Part shown: piece by piece, positions 40,791 through 51,861 of the stretch
Position numbering within the stretch: the first letter of the stretch is position 1
Layout of the letters: each line of letters begins with the position of its first letter
Assembly: GCA_965223325.1 (NCBI GenBank)
Contig: CBDCWI010000002.1
Span: 2,336,001 to 2,400,000 of the forward strand
DNA: 64,000 bases
Direction: 5' to 3'
Source: Candidatus Multivoradales bacterium
Lineage (GTDB): Bacteria; Acidobacteriota; Thermoanaerobaculia; Multivoradales; Multivoraceae
Notes under the pieces: model-generated
Told to the model about the DNA's origin: nothing
Seen by the model: only the letters and a program-made list of their open reading frames with translations
Databases searched by the model: none
Position numbers and translations under genes: made by a program

Positions 40791-42509
40791 TCAAGGGGCG
40801 CCGCCCGAGGCCTGCTGCACCCGTCCCGCGGCCAGCGGATCGAGGTCGTAGTAGCCGAACAGGCCGTCGACGATCGCAGTCGCCACCCGATGGCGGTGGG
40901 CGCGAGTTTGAATGAGTCGGCGATCTTCGGCATTCGCCAGGTTGCCGACCTCGAGCAGAATCTTCGCTGGCACCTGGTTGTACCGCAGCACCGCCGGCAC
41001 CCACGGCCGACCACGACGGCGAATGATGCGATCGCGAACCGGTAGGTTGGGATGTACCGCGAGGCCATGGCGTCGGAAGCCATGGATCATGTTGTCGGCG
41101 AGGTCGAGCGAAAGACCCTTGTGACGTTGCCGGTCGCTGTTGGAAATCGTCACCGACGGCTGCTCCCTGACCTCCGCCCGGCTGGCGTAGACAGAGTCAC
41201 TCTTGCCGCCCGAGGCCGTTCCGACGACGCCGGGAACGTAGACCATGGCTCCACGCAGCGAAGGATGCAGCGAGTCCGCGTGGATCGACAGAAAAACCAC
41301 CTTGCCAGGCTCACTGTCGCGGCCGAGGGCGTCACGCAGGTGGCTGTTGGCGAGGTAGTAGCGCAGGTTGGTACTGATCTTTCCGACTTCGATCTTGTAG
41401 GGCGGCGTCGTCAAGACCGCGTGCCCGCGCGACTGCGGCAGAACATCGCGATTCACCACGGCCCAGGCGCTGCCGTCGCGAGTTGTCATCAGGACTCGGG
41501 CTGCGGTGTTGGCCGCCAGGATCTCGCGCACCCTTACTGCAATGTCGTAGACGTAGGAACTCTCCCAGACGCCGCCAACCGTCGCTCCGACATCGCGACC
41601 TCCGTGCCCCGGATCGAGAATCACCGTCACACCCGCAAGATCGAGGGCCCGCACTTCGTTGGTAAACCGCGCCGTCGCCGAGCGCGTCGACTCCCACTGC
41701 CTACGCTCGGGACTGTCCGGCGGCAAGAACTCCGGCAGGAGGTGTTCGAAGGGCACCTTGACCTCGTAGCCCACTGGAATATCGGTGACGTCAGAGATGC
41801 CACTGCGTGTGGCGATCTCACCCGCGAGGCGGTTGACGTCGCTGGCAAAGACTTCGCCCGTAAAGCGCACCACGACGCTCGAGTAGAGCGCCTCGCCCGC
41901 GCGCAAGCGATACGAGGCGTAGTCGCCGAGGGCATCACGCCCGTAGCGGAGGTCTGGCGTCTGGCGGGCCGTCTGCAGAACCTGAGAGCGCAGCGCCGGG
42001 CGCAAGATGGCGACTGGAATCAGGATCTCCTGCCCAACCCGTAGCTCTTCGTCGAACAACGTGTTGGCCTCGCGCAAGCTGCGGTAGCTCTCGCCGGTAC
42101 CGGTAAACCAACGCGCCAGCTGCCACAACCCACCGGCGGCTTCGGAGGGACTCTGCACGCGGTGGATCCAACCGCGAACATCGGTACGGTCGCCGGGGAA
42201 CAGAGCGCGCAAAGCCTCGCTTCGATGCTCGGGGCGCAAGCAATCGAAAGCGACTTTGTAGCGCGTGTCGAAACGCGGCGCGCGGTGGTTGCGGTTGGCG
42301 CGCGAGATCTCTCGCCAGGCACTCGCGCGCCCACAGAGCCGGCGGGCGAAGTCGTTCGCTCCTTCGCCGCGACGGGGACCGGCCTCGATCCACGGGTCGC
42401 CGGTCGGGCCCAGAACTGCGCTCATCCCGTCGGAGAGCGCGGCGCGGCGGGTCTCGGAGCCGGTGCCTTGTGCGTAGGACAAGGTGGCGAAGAAAAGGCC
42501 GATGAGCAT
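40791..42509 (-). CDS. N-acetylmuramoyl-L-alanine amidase (Amidase_3) with LysM-like N-terminal region
   Basis: VILDPGHGGRD.G, E, FLSIHADS, ILLEVGNL.N..D; signal peptide; start uncertain. Confidence 0.85.
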   Translation of the reverse strand: MLIGLFFATLSYAQGTGSETRRAALSDGMSAVLGPTGDPWIEAGPRRGEGANDFARRLCGRASAWREISRANRNHRAPRFDTRYKVAFDCLRPEHRSEALRALFPGDRTDVRGWIHRVQSPSEAAGGLWQLARWFTGTGESYRSLREANTLFDEELRVGQEILIPVAILRPALRSQVLQTARQTPDLRYGRDALGDYASYRLRAGEALYSSVVVRFTGEVFASDVNRLAGEIATRSGISDVTDIPVGYEVKVPFEHLLPEFLPPDSPERRQWESTRSATARFTNEVRALDLAGVTVILDPGHGGRDVGATVGGVWESSYVYDIAVRVREILAANTAARVLMTTRDGSAWAVVNRDVLPQSRGHAVLTTPPYKIEVGKISTNLRYYLANSHLRDALGRDSEPGKVVFLSIHADSLHPSLRGAMVYVPGVVGTASGGKSDSVYASRAEVREQPSVTISNSDRQRHKGLSLDLADNMIHGFRRHGLAVHPNLPVRDRIIRRRGRPWVPAVLRYNQVPAKILLEVGNLANAEDRRLIQTRAHRHRVATAIVDGLFGYYDLDPLAAGRVQQASGGAP

Positions 42510-42630
42510 CGCCACGGCTCCGCGGCAAGAAGACGCACTAGCGAAACCAACAGCACGAAGCTCCTTGCTGCGCTCGCAACCGTTACAGCGGGGCGAGCTT
42601 GGACTGATGCGTTGCAAGAGCACCGGCTCG

Positions 42631-44127
42631 TCAAGCGGCCTCGTCGGCGGGTCGGAAGTCGGGGCGGGCCTGGAAAGAGATCTCGCGTTCGACAACGCTT
42701 GCATGGCGCAGCAGTGTCGCTTCGGCAAAGGCCGGTGCGATCAGTTGCAGTGAGAGCGGAAGCCCACGTTCATCGAGCCCAGTGGGTAGGGCAATCGACG
42801 GCAGCCCGGTCAGGCTCGACGGCGTCGTGAAGACGTCGGACAGATACATCGCAACCGGGTCCTGAAGGCGCTCCCCGAGCCCGAAGGCTCCACCCGGCGT
42901 GGTTGGGGTTGCCAGAACATCGACCCGTTCGAAGGCTTCTGCAAACTGCGCCGTGAGCGCTCGCGAGACGCCGCGCGCGCGGGCGTAGTAGGCGTCGTAA
43001 TAGCCAGAGGAAAGCGCGAACGTGCCCAGCATGATGCGCCGTTTGACTTCCGCTCCAAAGCCCTGGCTGCGGGTTCGCACGTACATATCGCGCAAGTTGG
43101 CGCCGCCCGCGGCGCGCAAGCCATAGCGCGCTCCGTCGAAGCGAGCCAGGTTTGCACTCGCTTCACTGTTGGCCATCACGTAGTAGGCCGATACGGCGCC
43201 GGGAAGGTTGGGAACTGAAACGGCTTCGACTTTCGCTCCCGCCGCCTCGAGAACGGACAGGGTGCGCTCCCACTCTGCCAGCGCGTCGGTGGGCAAGGCA
43301 CTCGTGTCAACTTCATCGAGCACGCCAATGCGCACCCCGTCGAGGGAGCCTTCGGCCTGCGCAGAAAGGGCGGCGTCGCTGTACGACGGCACCGACTGGC
43401 GCGCCGACGTCGCGTCGCGGGCGTCGGCGCCCGCCATGACTTCGAGGGCCAGCGCCGTATCGGCGACGTTGCGGGTCAAGGGACCGATCTGATCGAGCGA
43501 CGAGCCAAACGCCACCAGACCCCAACGCGAGATCCGCCCCCAGGTCGGCTTGAGACCGACCAGGCCACAAAGTGCAGCCGGCTGGCGAATCGAACCACCC
43601 GTGTCAGAGCCCAGGGCCAGCGGAACCGACCCAGCAGCGACCGCGGCCGCCGAACCACCGCTCGAACCGCCCGGCACCATGCCGAGATGCCAGGGATTGT
43701 GGGTCGGATGAAAAGCCGAGTTCTCGCACGACGACCCCATCGCGAACTCGTCCTGGTTGACGCGACCGATCACCAGCGCATCTTCTTTCACCAGCCGGTC
43801 GACTGCGGTGGCGGTGAACGGGGCGCGGTAGCCGGCGAGGATTCTGGAACCGCAGGTCAGTGCGTGCCCGGCGTAGTTCAGGTTGTCTTTGATCGCCACC
43901 GGCACGCCGGCGAGGCGGCCGAGCGGTTCCCCGGCCGCCTGCCGTTGATCGAGCGCGCCGGCCTGTTCGCACACCGAGTCGTCGAAGAGCTCGAGGTAGG
44001 CGCGCACCGATGTGTCGGTCGTGCGCACCCGCTCGAGCGCCTGCTCGACCGTGTCGATGGCCCGAACCGCGCCCGCGCGAGTGTCAGAGGCCAGCTGGTG
44101 TGCAGTCGTCTCCCAGGTGTCAGTCAT
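42631..44127 (-). CDS. gatA: Asp/Glu-tRNA amidotransferase subunit A
   Basis: AIKDN, DEFAMGSS, PGGSSGGSAA, GSDTGGSIRQPA, EVKRRIMLG. Confidence 0.95.
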   Translation of the reverse strand: MTDTWETTAHQLASDTRAGAVRAIDTVEQALERVRTTDTSVRAYLELFDDSVCEQAGALDQRQAAGEPLGRLAGVPVAIKDNLNYAGHALTCGSRILAGYRAPFTATAVDRLVKEDALVIGRVNQDEFAMGSSCENSAFHPTHNPWHLGMVPGGSSGGSAAAVAAGSVPLALGSDTGGSIRQPAALCGLVGLKPTWGRISRWGLVAFGSSLDQIGPLTRNVADTALALEVMAGADARDATSARQSVPSYSDAALSAQAEGSLDGVRIGVLDEVDTSALPTDALAEWERTLSVLEAAGAKVEAVSVPNLPGAVSAYYVMANSEASANLARFDGARYGLRAAGGANLRDMYVRTRSQGFGAEVKRRIMLGTFALSSGYYDAYYARARGVSRALTAQFAEAFERVDVLATPTTPGGAFGLGERLQDPVAMYLSDVFTTPSSLTGLPSIALPTGLDERGLPLSLQLIAPAFAEATLLRHASVVEREISFQARPDFRPADEAA

Positions 44128-44440
44128 CACCGACCACCTTGACCTGCGGCACCAGCAACAGAGTGTCGAGCGCCTCCGGAGCGTTGTAGAGAAAGTCCGC
44201 TGGGCTGACGACATCATCGCCCCCGACCTGCTCTTGGTCTTCGGCCCGCGGTACGTCCCTACGCTCCAGCGAATCGAGCTCTCGGTAGTGTCCCTCGTCG
44301 CTACCCTCGAAGGCCGTCAACTGGTCGACCCAGTCGATGATTCGAGAGAGCTGCTCGGCGTGCAGCTCTTCCTCCTCTGGAGACAGCTCGAGGCGAGCCA
44401 GGGAAGCAATGTTGCGCACGTCATCACGGGAGATGGCCAT
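44120..44440 (-). CDS. gatC: Asp/Glu-tRNA amidotransferase subunit C
   Basis: MAISRDDVRNIASLARLEL...NAPE...VPQV, directly upstream of gatA. Confidence 0.92.
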   Translation of the reverse strand: MAISRDDVRNIASLARLELSPEEEELHAEQLSRIIDWVDQLTAFEGSDEGHYRELDSLERRDVPRAEDQEQVGGDDVVSPADFLYNAPEALDTLLLVPQVKVVGDD

Positions 44441-44786
44441 GGGCGGATTCTAGCCAGCTCCAGGCCGCGCCCGGCACGTCAGGACCACAAACCCAGCCGC
44501 GCAAGAGCGACCGATGAAAGCAAGCGGAACCACCGTAATTGCAACCGACCCGCCCCGGACGCACCGCTTTTTCGACACGGTCCACCGATTCTTGAGACTC
44601 CGATTCACAGCCCGTCACGCAAGACGCCTAGTTTTGAAAGAAATATGGCGTTTCGGGCCCAAAAACCGACCAGAAGTGACGAATTTGCTCTCGTCTATAA
44701 GTTGGCACCGAACATGAAGAAGGGGGGTGTACAGGCCGCGACTCCACGCGCTCCCTTGCCATTCAATCCAAGAGGTTCTGCCCACC

Positions 44787-46940
44787 ATGTTCAACACCCT
44801 CCCCACCCTTCACTCCCTGCGCGCCGCACTGTTTGTCGCGGCCTGTCTCCTCTTCTCTGCTTCCGCGCAGGCCGCGGACGTCGCGATCGACATGCGCGCC
44901 GCAGCTCCTGACAGCTACGACCACACGGTCGGTGGCGGCGCCTGGAACGATGGCTCAGCTAGCGACGTCGTCGGCGCTCTCGTTGGCGGCGACTACTTCT
45001 GCGGCGACATCGTCTCGTTCTTTCTCCGACTCGATGTCGCTGCCGCACCGTCTGTCGATCGCCAGGGTGCACAGATCGTCCTGCTACTCGGTCCCGGCTC
45101 GAGCGGTGCGTCCGGCATCACCTTCTCAGAAATCGTTGGCGTTTCGATCAACGACGGCGACGTCGGTGGCGCTGGTCCGAACGGCGAAGACACCGCCAAC
45201 CAGCACAACCACAACAGCGCGATCTCCATCTACAGCCAAGAGCTCACCGGACCGCTTTATGACCCCTCAACCTATCTTCAGACCATCCTCCGGGTGACTG
45301 CCCTCGAAGCCGGCGAGCAGGTCGTTGCCAGAGTCGACGCCCGCCTTTCCTGCCAGAACAACGCTTCACGGAGCGGCTCGCTCTCGATCGAGTTTGTCCA
45401 GGCCCTCCTACCCAAGACAGGGACGACGGTGCGCCCCCTCAACCCACTGGTCATCGAGATGCATGCCGCCGAAGACGTCGCAACCCCGACGCTAGACATC
45501 AGCGTCGAGAAGCGCGACACCAAAGACCTGGTTGCGGTTGGCGAGAACGTCAACTACATCATCGAGGTCAGCAACTCCTCGTCGACCTTCGCCGCTGAGA
45601 ACGTCAAGCTCACCGATCATCTCGACGCCAACACATCCTTCGCTGAGGTCTTCTCGAGCTTCCCCTGCAGCCATAGCGGCGGCGTACTCACTTGCGACCT
45701 GGGGACACTCGAGCCGATGGAAACGGTCTCGATCGAGGTACACGCCAAGGTCCTCAGCACCGCCCCGCGGAACAAGCTCGGCGGCACCAGCTGCAACGGC
45801 GGCGAAGATCTCTGCAACCGGGTTTCGGTCACCACGACGACTCCTCAGACTGACTACACGAACGACCGCGACACCGAGCCCACCGGCGTCGGCTCCCCGG
45901 CGCCGCGCGGCGAGCTCTCGATCGACCTCAGCCCTGACCTGGCGTGCGTCAACGAGAACCGCAAGATCACGCTGTTCTACGACGTCTCCAACACCGGAGC
46001 CGGCGAGGTCGCTGACGTCGTCGTCACCGATACCGCCTGCTCACCAATCACCCCGGTTGTTGCCAATGGCAGTTCCTCGAACGTCGGCGACCTCGACCAT
46101 GACAACAAGGTCGACGTCGGCGAAGTCTGGAGCTTCACCTGCACGACCTTCGGTTCCGCCGTCACCCACGTAGCGACTGCGACTGGCGTCGACGCGGCAA
46201 CGGCACTCGAGCTCAAGAGCCAGGATTCCGGCACCTTCGACCTTTGCGGCGGCGACATCGCGATCCAGAAGTCAGTGGACAAGCCGGTCATCAATCCCGG
46301 CGAGACCGTCACCTTCACCATCAAGGTCACCAACACCGGCAGCTCGGTCCTCTCTGACGTGCTCGTCGAAGACATCGACGTTCCGTCTTGCCGCTGGACC
46401 TTCGCCAGCCTGGCGGTCGGCGAGAGCAAGACGATGACCTGCGTGGTCTCTGACCTGCGCGCCGACATGACCAATGTCGCAGTCGCCTCGGGCTACGATC
46501 CCACCGGCGACGTGGTTGGACCGAAGGAAGACGACGCCACTGTTGTGGTGGTCACGCCAACAGCCGCCGACGGCACCGGAACGCCTGGCTACTGGAAAAC
46601 CCATCCCGAGGCCTGGCCGGTCGATAGCATCACCATCGGTGGCGTGACCTACTCGAAGGCCACCGCCCTCGACCTGATGTGGGCCAACGTCTCGAAGGAC
46701 AAGACCTACGTCCTCTTCCGCTCCCTGGTGTCGGCGAAGCTCAACCTGCTGATCGGCAACGAGAGTGGCTGCATCGACGGGACGGTTGCCAAAGGCGACG
46801 CCTGGATGGCGCAGTACGGCCCGGTTGGCAGCGGCGTCAAGGCCGGTGGCAAGAAGTCCCCCTGGGTTTCTGGCAACCAGATCCACAAGAAGCTCGACGA
46901 CTACAACAACGGTCGCCTCTGCGCTCCTCACCGCGGATAA
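44787..46940 (+). CDS. Secreted DUF11/DUF7507 Ig-like repeat surface protein
   Basis: Signal peptide (ASAQA); repeats SVEK...VGENVNYIIEVSN and IQKS...PGETVTFTIKVTNTG; C-terminal TPGYWKTH domain. Confidence 0.8.
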   Translation: MFNTLPTLHSLRAALFVAACLLFSASAQAADVAIDMRAAAPDSYDHTVGGGAWNDGSASDVVGALVGGDYFCGDIVSFFLRLDVAAAPSVDRQGAQIVLLLGPGSSGASGITFSEIVGVSINDGDVGGAGPNGEDTANQHNHNSAISIYSQELTGPLYDPSTYLQTILRVTALEAGEQVVARVDARLSCQNNASRSGSLSIEFVQALLPKTGTTVRPLNPLVIEMHAAEDVATPTLDISVEKRDTKDLVAVGENVNYIIEVSNSSSTFAAENVKLTDHLDANTSFAEVFSSFPCSHSGGVLTCDLGTLEPMETVSIEVHAKVLSTAPRNKLGGTSCNGGEDLCNRVSVTTTTPQTDYTNDRDTEPTGVGSPAPRGELSIDLSPDLACVNENRKITLFYDVSNTGAGEVADVVVTDTACSPITPVVANGSSSNVGDLDHDNKVDVGEVWSFTCTTFGSAVTHVATATGVDAATALELKSQDSGTFDLCGGDIAIQKSVDKPVINPGETVTFTIKVTNTGSSVLSDVLVEDIDVPSCRWTFASLAVGESKTMTCVVSDLRADMTNVAVASGYDPTGDVVGPKEDDATVVVVTPTAADGTGTPGYWKTHPEAWPVDSITIGGVTYSKATALDLMWANVSKDKTYVLFRSLVSAKLNLLIGNESGCIDGTVAKGDAWMAQYGPVGSGVKAGGKKSPWVSGNQIHKKLDDYNNGRLCAPHRG

Positions 46941-46962
46941 GACCTCTACGTCAGCAATACAG

Positions 46963-46994
46963 AAAGGGCCGACCTCACAAGAGGTCGGCCCTTT
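46963..46994. terminator. Bidirectional intrinsic terminator
   Basis: aaagggccgacctc-acaa-gaggtcggcccttt between convergent genes. Confidence 0.8.
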
Positions 46995-47042
46995 GCCGGT
47001 TCAGGTGCCTACGTCTTTCATGGCACTAGGCACTGGCGCGGC

Positions 47043-49313
47043 TCACTCAGGATCCGGCTCACACACCGGGTCTTCCGGTGGCTCTTCCGAACAGTGGCCC
47101 GGTCCGAGGTCGCCGTTGTTGTAGAGGTCGAGGAGTGCCGCGAGCTTGATCCACTCGTTCTTCTCATCGCCTTTGATGCGCACCTTCTTGGGGTCGTCGA
47201 CCGTCCATAGGAGCGCCTCGGCTTCCGCCAGCTCCTCGGCGATGATGCCGCTGTCGGCACCGGCGAGGACGTTCAGTGACGCCGCGATGTACTGGTGCGC
47301 CAGGATGTAGAAGACGTTGCCACCCTTGGGCGGAGTCTCGAGAACCTGCAGCCAGGTTTCGCCGCTCGCCAGGAACAGCGAATCCGGACCTGCCGGCATG
47401 ACCTCGCCCCAGGTCGAGTCGTACTGCTTGCGACTCGGGTCGGCGTGCGTCTTCCAGTAGCCCTGGGTGAGAGTGCAGCCGTCTTCACACGCGACCTGAA
47501 CGTTGACCGCCCAGGTGGAGACCTCGGTGGTCGCACTGTCGCCGGTGGTGAGACGCGCAGTGTTCATGAGAGCTCCGAGTAGGCCGCCGTTGTCGGCGCA
47601 GCTGGCCACGCCGAACGGCCCCACGGGAACCTCGTAGCTGGTCGTCCAGCCGTCCGGGCCGAGGCTCGCGCCACAAACGTCTTCTGCCAGCGTATCCACC
47701 TGCAGATCGGCACCATCGAGGTACTCATCGGTGATATCGACGCACGAGTCGATCTCGCTTCCGGGGTCGGTCGCGTGGTCGATCGCCACCGGCGCCGACT
47801 CGAAGGACTGTCGGCTGGCAAGTACTACCGGGTCGGCGCCTGGCGCGAAGAGCCGGTTGACCAGGGTTGCCTCGGCAACGTTCTGGACCGCAGCATTGAG
47901 TTCATCTGCGGTGAGACTCTGGTCGTAGTCGCAAGTGACGCTGCCCATCGCCGGTACTACCGCCGCTGTGCAGTTGGCGAGCGGAATATCGAACGCGATG
48001 GAACCGGTGCTCGGGAGCGTGTAGTCGCGCACACTGTCCAGAGGTGCAGCCAACGTCGGATGTGGGTTGCCAACGGTAACGGTACCCGTCATATGGTGGT
48101 CGACGTTCGCTGGTGTCGCTGTCACATCCACCGTGTAGACCACCGTCGCCGACTGGTTCGGGCTGAGCAGTAGATCCTCGTGGTCTGCGGTCTTCGAGAT
48201 CGTCCAATCCCACGCGCGATCGAAACCGCTGGCAGCCGTCTTCGTGACGGTCAGCTGGCGACACGTCACGGGAACTGTGGTCTGGGCGGTCTGACCGGTC
48301 TCGACGATCGTGGCGGTGTTGACGTAGGTCTTGGACGACTCAGCGCAGCGATAGGTGGCCGAGTACGACTGGGATCCGTCGTTGCTGAACATCCACGAAC
48401 GGGACTCGTCGACTGACTCGTCGACTACCGTGATCGAGGCGTTGGTTTCGACCGTCGGTGCCCCGAAAGCCACCGCCTCCTCGGCTGTCGAACCCGACAC
48501 AGGTGAACCTGCCGCAGTCGCCACGGTTGCCACGTTGGTGCGCGGGGTGCTGCCCGGCAGCATAGAGGCGTATGAGCATTCCCATGATTGGCCGGCACCC
48601 AGATCAGCCGGTAGCGCAACCGGGCAGGTCACGTCGGCTACGATCCCGCCGGTCATCTCATCAGTCACGGTGACGCCGGTGGCGTCGAACGGCGTGTCGT
48701 TGCTGATGGTGATGGTGCCAGACACCGCAAAGTCGGAGTCCTGCGGATCGCCACGGTCGACAGAAACCACATACCGCAATTGAAACCAGTCGCCGAGGAA
48801 CAGGTCAATGGTTTCGGGAGTGACTGTTTTGTCGATCGACCACGGCCAGCTGCGGGTGTAGGTCGTCGTGGCGGTCTTCGACACCGAGAGCTCGAAGTCG
48901 TAGCAGAACTCGATATGACTGATTGCCGCTGCGCCACCACTCGCGTTGTCCGGTGAGCTGAGGTTCACCCCGGAGAAAGCTTCCGGATCGTAGGCGTAGA
49001 CATGGGCGTCAGAGCCGCCTTTGACGATCACAGCGTCGACCCCGAGCGTTGACGTCCAGTCGAAGGTGACGCCGTCGCTGGTGATCGTGACCGTGTCGTC
49101 AACACCGGGGAAAGAGTAGGTGCCACTGGGTGGCGGTTCGGGCTGTGGCTTGAAACCGTAGTCGTAGCCAAGCTCCTGACAGCTCGGGTTTCCACTGACG
49201 ACCTCCTGGGCAGCGGCAGGCGCCGCGACGACAAGCAGGACCACTAAGAGACTGAGACCGCACGCGGCCAACAGCGGGGCCGATCGTCTCGGCGCACGAC
49301 GAGTAAGGGACAT
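47043..49313 (-). CDS. Secreted Ig-like repeat surface protein
   Basis: Signal peptide (PAAAQ); repeated LSVSKTA...W.W.I.KT modules; C-terminal GCTLTQGYWKTH domain. Confidence 0.8.
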   Translation of the reverse strand: MSLTRRAPRRSAPLLAACGLSLLVVLLVVAAPAAAQEVVSGNPSCQELGYDYGFKPQPEPPPSGTYSFPGVDDTVTITSDGVTFDWTSTLGVDAVIVKGGSDAHVYAYDPEAFSGVNLSSPDNASGGAAAISHIEFCYDFELSVSKTATTTYTRSWPWSIDKTVTPETIDLFLGDWFQLRYVVSVDRGDPQDSDFAVSGTITISNDTPFDATGVTVTDEMTGGIVADVTCPVALPADLGAGQSWECSYASMLPGSTPRTNVATVATAAGSPVSGSTAEEAVAFGAPTVETNASITVVDESVDESRSWMFSNDGSQSYSATYRCAESSKTYVNTATIVETGQTAQTTVPVTCRQLTVTKTAASGFDRAWDWTISKTADHEDLLLSPNQSATVVYTVDVTATPANVDHHMTGTVTVGNPHPTLAAPLDSVRDYTLPSTGSIAFDIPLANCTAAVVPAMGSVTCDYDQSLTADELNAAVQNVAEATLVNRLFAPGADPVVLASRQSFESAPVAIDHATDPGSEIDSCVDITDEYLDGADLQVDTLAEDVCGASLGPDGWTTSYEVPVGPFGVASCADNGGLLGALMNTARLTTGDSATTEVSTWAVNVQVACEDGCTLTQGYWKTHADPSRKQYDSTWGEVMPAGPDSLFLASGETWLQVLETPPKGGNVFYILAHQYIAASLNVLAGADSGIIAEELAEAEALLWTVDDPKKVRIKGDEKNEWIKLAALLDLYNNGDLGPGHCSEEPPEDPVCEPDPE

Positions 49314-49555
49314 GGAGAATCTCCTTCCATCAGATGGCTGGCTAAAACGTAGAACTTGTATCGTGTTATAGGAGAGACCTTTCCAGCGCTCAACAGATCA
49401 GAAACAGTATTTACATTGTTGAATATTGGATCTTCTCACCAGGGTGCGCGGGGCCACACCCCGGCGGGGCTTTCCTCCTCATCGCTCGGAGCCGTGCTGG
49501 ATACGACCCGAAACAGCGTTTCAGGCAGGGAAGCTCAACCGTGGAGAGCGGCGGA

Positions 49556-51763
49556 TCAAGGCCGGCGGGTGCGCTCGACGCCGGTGATCTCACTTTCGGG
49601 AGGAAGCGTGATCCGCAGGATGTAGAACCCGGCGCGAGGGACCACGACGTCAATCCCGGCTCCCAACACCGAGACCTCAGCCTGCCCACCGCCCGCTGTT
49701 CGCCGCAGCACTGGCTCGACGCTGAATGGCGGCGGTCCATCGCCATCCAGAGGAGCATTCAACCCGTCGACCCCGACGCCAATGAAGTGGAAAGAACGCT
49801 TGGCCGGGGTGAGCCAGGCCCGCAACCCCACCCACTGACCGGGGCGGAAGAAGCGCACCGCCCGCGTCTGCCCGCGGGCATTCAAGACCCGCATCGCTCC
49901 GTCGGGAACGAACACCTCGTCGAGAGCAACAGCCTCGGACTCGTCGGCCGCCATCGCCCCGCCGGTTGGCTCGAGGGGGCTCCGGACTTCGAGCAGCGGT
50001 CCGCGCCGGAAACGCGTCGGTGCGAACACCGCAAGGGGCTTCCCCCGCGGACCCGCCGCTTCGAAGAGCTCCTCGTAGAGCCGCCGGGCGTCGACCTGAT
50101 GTTCCTCCGTGGCGTCGTCGCTGAAGAAGCGCTGCCAGGCACTCGACGACGAAACCACGACGTCGGCGTGTTCTGCGGTCAACGCCTTGCGACCGAGCCG
50201 CGGCAGGAAGCGCGACCGGACGACGGCGTACTCCTCGGGGGGCATCTTCGGGGTGTACGACTCGGCGACGATGGCGCCACCGGGAGCCACGTGCGCCCTG
50301 AGCCAGTCCCTTGCGAGGGTGAGGGTCGACGGACGTGCCAGGCCCACGCTCTGTTCGAAAGTCTTCTCAGCCGGTACCGCCAGCAGCGCGACAAGCGCGG
50401 CGGCCACCAACATCGACTGCCGGCGGCCGGCCCACGGCGGACCGACCCGTGCCGCGTTTGCCCTGGCAAGCACCGCCTGGAGTGCTAAAGCGAGCGGTAC
50501 GGCGACGAGCACAAGGAGCGTCGGTAGGACCGGTAGCAGGTTGCGCTTGACCACCATGTTCATCGACAGAATGAGCGCCAGATAGACGGTGGGGAACGGC
50601 AGCATCCAGAGCAGCCGCCGCCACTCCGGGCGTCGCACACCAAGGAGCGCCAATGGAGCGACGAGCAGCATCGGGCCGGTGGAAGCCAACAGTTCGCGCA
50701 AGTACCAGCCTGCATTCGACGATGGCTGAACACCGAGCCAGCCGCCGCCGCTGTACTGCCGCACTCCGAAGAACATCCCCTGGCCACTCCAGATCGCCTC
50801 CCAGGGATAGCGCAAGAGCCCGGGCATGGCAGCGACAAACGCCCCGATGGCGGTGGCGGTCGCGACGGCCAGTCCGAGAGTGCCCGACCGCGCCCCTGGT
50901 CTCGGCCCGCGCTCCCGGCCTCGCCGGGAGCTGAGGCGACACCACGACCAGGCCGCAAAGATCCCGACCGCCACGACACCGGCCGGGTACTTGGTGGCCG
51001 CTGCGAGCCCGGCAAACAGTCCGGCCAGAGCATAGGTGCGGTTGGACTCCCGGTCGAAAAGGCGCACTACCTGCCACATAGAAAAGGTGGCAAACACCGC
51101 CGACGGCGCGTCGCTGATCGCAAGGTGCGAGATCTCATTGAACAGCGGCGAAGCCACGAAGGCGGCCCCAGCGAACAGGCCAGCGACCGTTCGTCCAATC
51201 GCCTGCGCCATACGAAAGACCGGCACGACACACAAAGAGGACAGAAGTGCCACGACCGCGCGCATCCACACCCAGTCCACCGCCAGGCTCTCGGTCTCGC
51301 CGTAGAACAGTTGCACGCCGCCGTCGAGAACCGCAGGAAAGAGCTCGCGCAGCCAGAACAGGATGGCGTAGGTGTAGTACAGGAAGTGCGGGTAGGCGAA
51401 ACGTCCGCGCAACACTTCGCCGTCGTTGATCTCGGTCGCGTGGTGGTGGTAGGTCCCCTCGTCGAGATAGGGGCGCTGTTCGACCTCGTGGTCGATCCCG
51501 ACAAATCGGACAGCGAGCGCAACGACCACGAGCGCCAAGAGAACGCGGTCGGCGTTGCCACCACGGAGCCACTCGATGCCGATTCCGACCGCGAGCGAGA
51601 AGACGCAGACAAGCGTCCCCAGAACCACTAGCCGAGAAAACCAGAGCGGCGGCGGGTGGCCCGTCGCCGAGAACCCCCACGCGAGCACCATCAGCGAACC
51701 GAAGCCAACGGCTCCGATTGCCGCCCAGTGGCTCGAACGCGCGCTCACACAGAGGGGGGACAC
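49556..51763 (-). CDS. Glycosyltransferase family 39 / ArnT-PMT-like (GT-C) membrane protein
   Basis: AVRFVGI....Y.DE, YP.F, GLAAATKY, RNLLP; many TM helices. Confidence 0.82.
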   Translation of the reverse strand: MSPLCVSARSSHWAAIGAVGFGSLMVLAWGFSATGHPPPLWFSRLVVLGTLVCVFSLAVGIGIEWLRGGNADRVLLALVVVALAVRFVGIDHEVEQRPYLDEGTYHHHATEINDGEVLRGRFAYPHFLYYTYAILFWLRELFPAVLDGGVQLFYGETESLAVDWVWMRAVVALLSSLCVVPVFRMAQAIGRTVAGLFAGAAFVASPLFNEISHLAISDAPSAVFATFSMWQVVRLFDRESNRTYALAGLFAGLAAATKYPAGVVAVGIFAAWSWCRLSSRRGRERGPRPGARSGTLGLAVATATAIGAFVAAMPGLLRYPWEAIWSGQGMFFGVRQYSGGGWLGVQPSSNAGWYLRELLASTGPMLLVAPLALLGVRRPEWRRLLWMLPFPTVYLALILSMNMVVKRNLLPVLPTLLVLVAVPLALALQAVLARANAARVGPPWAGRRQSMLVAAALVALLAVPAEKTFEQSVGLARPSTLTLARDWLRAHVAPGGAIVAESYTPKMPPEEYAVVRSRFLPRLGRKALTAEHADVVVSSSSAWQRFFSDDATEEHQVDARRLYEELFEAAGPRGKPLAVFAPTRFRRGPLLEVRSPLEPTGGAMAADESEAVALDEVFVPDGAMRVLNARGQTRAVRFFRPGQWVGLRAWLTPAKRSFHFIGVGVDGLNAPLDGDGPPPFSVEPVLRRTAGGGQAEVSVLGAGIDVVVPRAGFYILRITLPPESEITGVERTRRP

Positions 51764-51861
51764 GTCGTCAGGTTAGCGCGAACCTTTCGAGTTTTCGCAC
51801 CGCTGACGGCCGCGTCCCCTTCCTCTACGGACAGCCCATAGAGGCATTTCGAGACCCTCGG

